A stretch of DNA of 62,974 bases, counting the filler, from Thraustochytrium aureum (Eukaryota), in NCBI GenBank assembly GCA_012862495.1. It is 4 parts of 4 records of this genome, joined end to end, with 100 filler letters (N's around TTAATTAATTAA, not from the genome) between each part and the next. Parts side by side here need not be neighbours in the genome. Positions count along the whole stretch, not along the records: positions 45,350 to 59,968 come from BLSG01000089.1; positions 60,069 to 62,974 come from BLSG01000091.1; 2 more parts are not named here. The stretch is one strand, 5' to 3'. The translations under genes were made by a program, and so were the position numbers. Shown piece by piece: positions 57,061 to 62,974 of this stretch (positions within the stretch are counted from its first letter, which is position 1; the number at the start of each line of letters is the position of its first letter). Below the pieces are notes generated by a model that had not been told where the DNA came from, made no database searches, and saw nothing but the letters and a program-made list of their open reading frames with translations.

Positions 57061-58515
57061 CTAAAAGTCAAATTCCTCCTTGTGCAAGTCGTAGTGCACG
57101 TTGCCCACAGATCGGGCAACGCAGCCGTCCCAGACCGAGCCAACGAGCTTGGAGGGGCCGCACAGGCAGGTCGCAATGCGCTTGCCGCCACTGCTGTTCT
57201 TGGAAGCGTCGATGGATGACTCGACACCCTGCAGGATCATGGGAATGTTGGGGCGCCCAAGGGACACCGAGTAGTTGGGAATGTTTGACACCGCGTCGAC
57301 GAGCGACGCGGTGTTCTCGTCCGGCTTGGTGACGTAGCCCTTGACGCGGAGTTTCGGGTACCCGCGGGAGGCACCGTTAACAGCGACCGCCATGGCCTCC
57401 TTGAGCACGTCAAAGAACCAAGCCCAAGGTGCCGTGTCGCGGATCACCCAAAGGAAGTAGACGTTCTTCAGGTGCGGGCTGATAGGGCGCTTGCGCTTGG
57501 CTTCTTCTGACATTCCGAGTTGGTAAATCTCCCGCAGGCAGCTGACCATCGGCGTGACGCCCACCCCGCCAGAGACGAGGAGCACGTTCTCGTACCGGTT
57601 AAGGTTGAGCGAGAGATGGCCATAGGGTCCGTCAACGCGGACTTTGGGGAACTTTGCGGCCTGGCCGTTGATGACCTTTCCTCCCTGGTCGAGGAGCTGA
57701 CGCGTAAAGTCGCCCAGCGCCTTGATGTGGACCTCCAAATAGTCCTGGTATGGCCCCGAGGAGAGTGTGAAGGGGTGNNNNNNNNNNNNNNNNNNNNNNN
57801 NNNNNNNNNNNNNNNNNNNNNNNNNNNNNNNNNNNNNNNNNNNNNNNNNNNNNNNNNNNNNNNNNNNNNNNNNNNNNNNNNNNNNNNNNNNNNNNNNNNN
57901 NNNNNNNNNNNNNNNNNNNNNNNNNNNNNNNNNNNNNNNNNNNNNNNNNNNNNNNNNNNNNNNNNNNNNNNNNNNNNNNNNNNNNNNNNNNNNNNNNNNN
58001 NNNNNNNNNNNNNNNNNNNNNNNNNNNNNNNNNNNNNNNNNNNNNNNNNNNNNNNNNNNNNNNNNNNNNNNNNNNNNNNNNNNNNNNNNNNNNNNNNNNN
58101 NNNNNNNNNNNNNNNNNNNNNNNNNNNNNNNNNNNNNNNNNNNNNNNNNNNNNNNNNNNNNNNNNNNNNNNNNNNNNNNNNNNNNNNNNNNNNNNNNNNN
58201 NNNNNNNNNNNNNNNNNNNNNNNNNNNNNNNNNNNNNNNNNNNNNNNNNNNNNNNNNNNNNNNNNNNNNNNNNNNNNNNNNNNNNNNNNNNNNNNNNNNN
58301 NNNNNNNNNNNNNNNNNNNNNNNNNNNNNNNNNNNNNNNNNNNNNNNNNNNNNNNNNNNNNNNNNNNNNNNNNNNNNNNNNNNNNNNNNNNNNNNNNNNN
58401 NNNNNNNNNNNNNNNNNNNNNNNNNNNNNNNNNNNNNNNNNNNNNNNNNNNNNNNNNNNNNNNNNNNNNNNNNNNNNNNNNNNNNNNNNNNNNNNNNNNN
58501 GGTTTGCCCCATCAT
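57061..58515 (-). CDS. Ferric reductase / NADPH oxidase family protein; FAD- and NADPH-binding domains visible, TM part in gap
   Basis: HPFTLSS, IKALGDFT, VDGPYG, LVSGGVGVTP, FLWVIR, GRP, CGP and terminal HKEEFDF. The start at 58515 is tentative. Confidence 0.9.
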   Translation of the reverse strand: MMGQTXXXXXXXXXXXXXXXXXXXXXXXXXXXXXXXXXXXXXXXXXXXXXXXXXXXXXXXXXXXXXXXXXXXXXXXXXXXXXXXXXXXXXXXXXXXXXXXXXXXXXXXXXXXXXXXXXXXXXXXXXXXXXXXXXXXXXXXXXXXXXXXXXXXXXXXXXXXXXXXXXXXXXXXXXXXXXXXXXXXXXXXXXXXXXXXXXXXXXXXXXXXXXXXXXXXXXXXXXXXXXXXXXXXXXXXXXXXXXXXXXHPFTLSSGPYQDYLEVHIKALGDFTRQLLDQGGKVINGQAAKFPKVRVDGPYGHLSLNLNRYENVLLVSGGVGVTPMVSCLREIYQLGMSEEAKRKRPISPHLKNVYFLWVIRDTAPWAWFFDVLKEAMAVAVNGASRGYPKLRVKGYVTKPDENTASLVDAVSNIPNYSVSLGRPNIPMILQGVESSIDASKNSSGGKRIATCLCGPSKLVGSVWDGCVARSVGNVHYDLHKEEFDF

Positions 58516-59968
58516 CAGCCTGCGCGTGCGCTCTGGCTGCGCAGGCCGCCTGAGCGCCGACCAGCGCGGCGCACCATTTCAACGGGGCCGGCATCCTCTC
58601 GTTCGCACCGTGCAGCCGGGGCCTCGCTCGGCCGTCGCCTTGCAGCCTGCCTGCCTGCCTGCCTTGCTCAACCTGCAAGACCTTGCTCGCCCTGCCAACT
58701 CGGCTGCCGCAGCGCCGACCGCGTCCGGGTCGCTCGACGTCGGTTGGCGTACGTCCTGGGCCGATGCGGCTCTGCGCGCGACTGCCGATTGGACGCGCTC
58801 TGCAGCACCGCAGTGTCTATTGTACACAGCGACACGCCAATTGCCAAACGTGGCTTGCGCCCCCGCATGAATTCTTTTGGTTCTCTTTGTTCTCCCCCTC
58901 ACAGCGCCGATGCACACCTCAGATCCTTGCAGCCTTTGTGCATCCGGTTGTGAGGGCGTTTTGGAGGCCCTGAGGGGGCGGATCCAATTCTGTGGGCAGG
59001 TTTTGGCTGCGATCGGCGGATTCCGCAGGGGAGTTTGGAGGTGGAGAGTGGTTTTTCGTTCGGGGTGTGGGGGGGGGGTTGGGGAAATTAGAGCGGGGGT
59101 TTTGTTTGGAGGCGCCATGGGCACTATTTAGGTATTTGAATTGCTTTATGGAAACTTGCTGGGTTTAGAGTGGGTTTGTTTTGCAGTAGGTGTATATTTA
59201 TTGCCCTGAGGCTCACGGCATGCACAGTTTGGTGGGGAACTCGGACGTGAAAAGAGCACCCCGCACGGGCCCGCAGATGTGCAGTGATCGTTCGCGGGGC
59301 GGTCTCGGGTTTGGTTGGCGCCGCCTCGTGGACGACAAATTGACCGCGAACTTGGCGCGAACAATGATCTTTTGGGTCGTGTGCAACGCTCGTTGCTTGA
59401 CCAAGTGGCTGCGCGCATCTTGATCAATCCGCGAAGCGAAAAAAACAACGAATGTGTCGCTTTCCGGCAAGACCTTCCTCTAGCTAGGTAGGCCTACCCT
59501 TGTGAGCGAGGCCACCAGTGGATGGGGCGTGCAGCCTTCGGCTGGTTATCTCCGCTCCGGCTGCTCCACGAAGAGGTTGCTGGGTGCAACTATTTCGATC
59601 CAACACGTTTGTCAGCGACGTTTCGTGTCACCATCGCAAGGCCATTTTCCGTCAGGCGCTTCGCCATCTTCAACCTTGCGGTTGTCTGTCGTTGGATCCT
59701 CCTAGGTCCAGTTACGATGGGACTGGTTTGGGGGCTCTTCAGCACGCGGCCTCCGTCGTACGCAGCGATGTCCCGTCCCGTTCTGGCTGCAGCCAGCCAA
59801 ACTCGTACACTTTCTCTCGTAGTTTACAAGCCCACCATGGAGGGTATGCCTGACTGACCTAGGTTGGGCAGTATTGTTTCTTTCACCTTTTCTTCCCGTT
59901 TGCTTTCGAGGTCGCACGTCGCGTAGTGTACTCACAACCCACCCAAATGGAGTACCTACATCAGTCAA

Positions 59969-60068
59969 NNNNNNNNNNNNNNNNNNNNNNNNNNNNNNNN
60001 NNNNNNNNNNNNTTAATTAATTAANNNNNNNNNNNNNNNNNNNNNNNNNNNNNNNNNNNNNNNNNNNN
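59969..60068. other. Artificial scaffold-joining linker
   Basis: N44-TTAATTAATTAA-N44. Confidence 0.97.
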
Positions 60069-60160
60069 CCTCAAGGGGCTCGCTCGCCCTTTCGCAGCCA
60101 AGGGTCTGCCCGCGTCGGGGCTTGCTGCTGCGAAGCGTGGCGACCGACGACGGATGATGG

Positions 60161-60719
60161 TCGGAAGGCTTTGGGGCCCTGGCGGGTTGGAGTGTTGGTG
60201 GCAACGGAGGGCAGGGTGCGCGAGTTAATGGGCACAAGCGCGCACCATCACTGTTGCCAGACGCAAGCAAGCAGCTTTCGATTCCATTTCTCTTTTCTTG
60301 CGAAGCTCTGTTTTTGCAGAGCTCTTTTCTCGCAGAGCTCCTTTCTTGCAAAGCTCTTTTCTTGCAGAGCTCTGGCCAGTATGCTACTTACTTGGCAGTG
60401 AGTTGAACGTTTCTGGTGTCTGGGAAAAGACCAAAGACGCAGACGACTCGGAAGGCTTTGGGGCCCTAGCGGGTTGGAGTGTTGGTGGCAACGGAGGGCA
60501 GGGTGCGCGAGTTAATGGGCACAAGCGCGCACCATCACTGTTGCCAGACGCAAGCAAGCAGCTTTCGATTCCATTTCTCTTTTCTTGCAAAGCTCTGTTC
60601 TTGCGAAGCTCTGTTCTTGCAAAGCTCTTTTCTCGCAGAGCTCTGGCCAGTATGCTACTTGGCAGTGAGTTGAACGTTCTGTCTGGTGTCTGGGAAAAGA
60701 CCAAAGACGCAAACGACTC
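60161..60719. repeat. About 287-bp tandem duplication with internal 15-16-bp sub-repeats (ttcttgcaaagctct-like)
   Basis: tcggaaggctttggggccct starts at 60161 and 60448. Both units end in tgggaaaagaccaaagacgca.acgac. The sub-repeat number differs between copies. Confidence 0.92.
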
Positions 60720-61003
60720 CGTGGCAGAAATCACGTTTTTGGGGCCGGGAAAGGTGCGCGAAGGTCCTCAAAACGTTTGCTTCATTTCTACGCCGCCGCG
60801 CAAGACGGGTTTCCTCCGCGATGGTTTCATGATCCATCCATGGCGCCAGCTAGCTCTAGCTTGAGGTACTCTGGGTGGGAAGAAAAAAAAGGGCGCTCGG
60901 GCGTCGGGAATTCGCAGCCGCAGCCAGAGTGACGCTACCTCGCTGCGCTCGACGATGGCCGCCCCAGAGTTCATGAAACAGAAAAGAAAGGGAAATCAAG
61001 ATG

Positions 61004-61023
61004 ATGAATGAATGAATGAATGA
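61004..61023. repeat. (ATGA)n microsatellite
   Basis: atgaatgaatgaatgaatga. Confidence 0.8.
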
Positions 61024-61291
61024 CAAACACAAGCCCCAGGGACCCGCGGTGATATCTATGAACGACCCACGGGCCGCTGGGCCCTGCCCGAGCAAGGGGA
61101 CGCACCGATCGCCATAGCGGCCCCGACGGAGCAGCTCCTGGCCTCCTGCGTCTCCGAGCCCTCAAACGCCGCGCCACCAACGAGGCCCAGTCACAGGCAG
61201 AGCGCCGACTTGGCCCGCCTGCCCCTGCCCCTGCCGCCGACGCAACAGCTCTGGGAGCGTAGATTGGAGTTTGCAAGGCGCGCCCGGTGCC

Positions 61292-62839
61292 TTACTTCTT
61301 GTCCTTCTTGTCTTTCTTCTCCTTCTTGTCCTTCTTCTTCTTCTTTTCTGAGTTTTCCAAGTCCTCGTCGGCTTTGCGCTTCTTGGAGGACTTTGGGGCC
61401 TCGACCTCCTCGACGAGCTTGTCCTTCTTCTTCTTGTCCTTCTTGTCCTTCTTTGCCTTCTTCTTGGGGGTTGCGTCGACGTCGCTGTCGCTGCCCGAGG
61501 AGGCCGGCGCCTTCTTGTCCGCGTCGTCGTCGTCGGCCATGACGGCGTCGGCGGCGTCATTGTACGAGCCCTTGCCGTTGGCTTCCTTGTCGTACTTTGC
61601 CGGGCCCTTTTGAGCGGACTCGAGCGAGTAGGGCTTGCCGGTCTCGAGCTGGCGCAGGCGGGCCTCGACCTTCTCGCGGCACTTGTAGCCGATGGTGGCC
61701 TCCGAGGACTCGCCGAGCGCGTCGACGCGGATGGCGAGCGAGGTCTTGGCCGCGAGCACGCGCGAGATCTTTCCCTTGTTCTTGGGCGCGCTCTGGCCGA
61801 TCAGGCTCGCGTGGTAGATGAGACCGTACTTGGGCGTGTCGTGTTTGGTCTTGAGGGCGCGGAACAGCGCCTTCTCGGCGCCGAGGATCTGCACCGTGGA
61901 GGCGGGCGCCTTGGCAAGGTTCATGAGGCTGCCAGCGTGCGCGATGAGGCGCGCGCCGACGAGCTCGCCGACCATGATGGCGAGGTTGGGGGCGATGGCG
62001 GCCATGCGGTTCTTGAGGTAGTCGTAGAGCTGGGCGCGGTACTCGGAGAGCGAGATGACCTGGGTGCAGAGCGCGGAGAGGTTTTTCACGTCGTCCTCGC
62101 TGATGTCGGTGCCCATGCTGATCTCGCAGGTGCGCTTCATGTCCTCCTCGACGTCCTCTGCGAGGATGTCGCTAAAGTCGAGGCCAGCCATGTTTTTGCG
62201 GATGCCGGCCTTGAGCACCACCTTGGCGTACTGCATGTTGTCGGTGACGATCTTGCCCATCTCGGGAAAGTGCCAGCCGTACCACTCGCGGACGCGCATC
62301 GCGTACGTGTTGATTTCCTTGTCGAGCTCGTCGAGGAGGTTGATGGCTTGCACGATCATCGTGTCGACCTTGTCGGGGCTGAACTTGAGTTTGTAGCGTG
62401 ACAGCGAGTGCGAGAGGCCGAGCGCCATGGCGGTCATGGCGCCGTCCTCGAGCCCTGGGCAGAGCTTGTCAAACTTGGAGCGCACGCCCCGCAAGAGCTC
62501 CTGGACGGGCCCGTCCGTCGCGCAGGCGATGCCGAGCTTCTCCTTGATCACGCTGGCGAGCTTGCTGTCGCTCACGCCGAGCGTGTCTTTGAGGTCCTTG
62601 CCGACGACGTTCTTCTTCAGGAACTTCTTGAGCGTCTTGTCCATCTTGCCTTCCACGAGCGCGGTGGCGGCGGCCACGGCCTCGGTCGTGTCCTCGAACT
62701 TCTGAAACGCCTGCAGGTTGACCACATCCGAGGGCGACTTTTCGAAGGCCTTGTGCAGGTTTTCCGGCTCGCTCAGCTTGCCTTCATCCATCACCTTGAG
62801 CAGGCTGTAGCCCGCGGCGGTCTCGAAAAGGACGAGCAT
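61292..62839 (-). CDS. NOP58: Nucleolar protein 58 (box C/D snoRNP core)
   Basis: MLVLFETAAGY, LGLSHSLSRYKLKFSPDKVDTMIVQAI, REWYGWHFPE, ASTVQILGAEKALFRALKTKHDTPKYGLIYHAS, and KKD/E tail. Confidence 0.97.
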   Translation of the reverse strand: MLVLFETAAGYSLLKVMDEGKLSEPENLHKAFEKSPSDVVNLQAFQKFEDTTEAVAAATALVEGKMDKTLKKFLKKNVVGKDLKDTLGVSDSKLASVIKEKLGIACATDGPVQELLRGVRSKFDKLCPGLEDGAMTAMALGLSHSLSRYKLKFSPDKVDTMIVQAINLLDELDKEINTYAMRVREWYGWHFPEMGKIVTDNMQYAKVVLKAGIRKNMAGLDFSDILAEDVEEDMKRTCEISMGTDISEDDVKNLSALCTQVISLSEYRAQLYDYLKNRMAAIAPNLAIMVGELVGARLIAHAGSLMNLAKAPASTVQILGAEKALFRALKTKHDTPKYGLIYHASLIGQSAPKNKGKISRVLAAKTSLAIRVDALGESSEATIGYKCREKVEARLRQLETGKPYSLESAQKGPAKYDKEANGKGSYNDAADAVMADDDDADKKAPASSGSDSDVDATPKKKAKKDKKDKKKKDKLVEEVEAPKSSKKRKADEDLENSEKKKKKDKKEKKDKKDKK

Positions 62840-62974
62840 TTTGCCCCCCGAGTCTCGCGCCGCACCGCCGTCGTCGACCCCGATGCAAGCCGACGCCGCC
62901 GCAACTGCAACAACAACACCGCCTAACACCACCAGCAACGCCAACCGCTTCCGCGACTGCCGCTCCTGCTCCTG

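Noticed and set aside
9764..58515. Metal-uptake cluster (copper oxidase + ZIP + ferric reductase)
   Set aside because: The reductase lies on a different scaffold, so the adjacency is artificial.
56813..60719. CRISPR-like array in the 50-bp or 287-bp repeats
   Set aside because: Only two units, no unique spacers, no cas genes, eukaryotic context.
61000..61025. Box C motif (ATGATGA) suggesting a snoRNA next to NOP58
   Set aside because: It is part of an (ATGA)n microsatellite, with no nearby box D or terminal stem.
34420..62926. Long antisense or alternative-frame ORFs (e.g. 34420..35376-, 41316..42410+, 52182..53924+, 61610..62401+)
   Set aside because: They overlap well-supported genes and are expected with high GC3 codon usage.

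Overview
GC-rich, apparently intron-free eukaryotic DNA. Gene content and style suggest a stramenopile, most likely a thraustochytrid/labyrinthulomycete (inference, not a database result). The window is not contiguous. Three identical 100-nt linkers (N44-TTAATTAATTAA-N44) join four scaffolds: A 1-18550, B 18651-45249, C 45350-59968, D 60069-end. There are also many N gaps, and most long genes carry single-base frameshifts that look like sequencing errors. Scaffold A: Gly/Ser/Thr repeat protein with a phage-fibre-like C-terminus, double-GT2 glycosyltransferase, membrane-anchored galactose-oxidase-like (AA5) protein, LRR protein, ZIP transporter. Scaffold B: class-3 lipase, PI-phospholipase C, MCT-type MFS transporter, ornithine decarboxylase, p24/GOLD protein, acid-lipase-type hydrolase, a giant PqiA-domain membrane protein and a large helical toxin-like membrane protein. 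Scaffold C: exocyst Sec10, MmpL-type RND transporter, an unknown multipass membrane protein and a ferric reductase/NOX. Scaffold D: a 287-bp tandem duplication and NOP58. The best candidate for something new is the convergent GT2 + AA5 pair, which recalls Streptomyces CslA/GlxA. Its AA5 keeps the copper ligands, appears to lack the radical-cofactor Cys, and is fused to an alpha-amylase C-terminal-propeptide-like domain.
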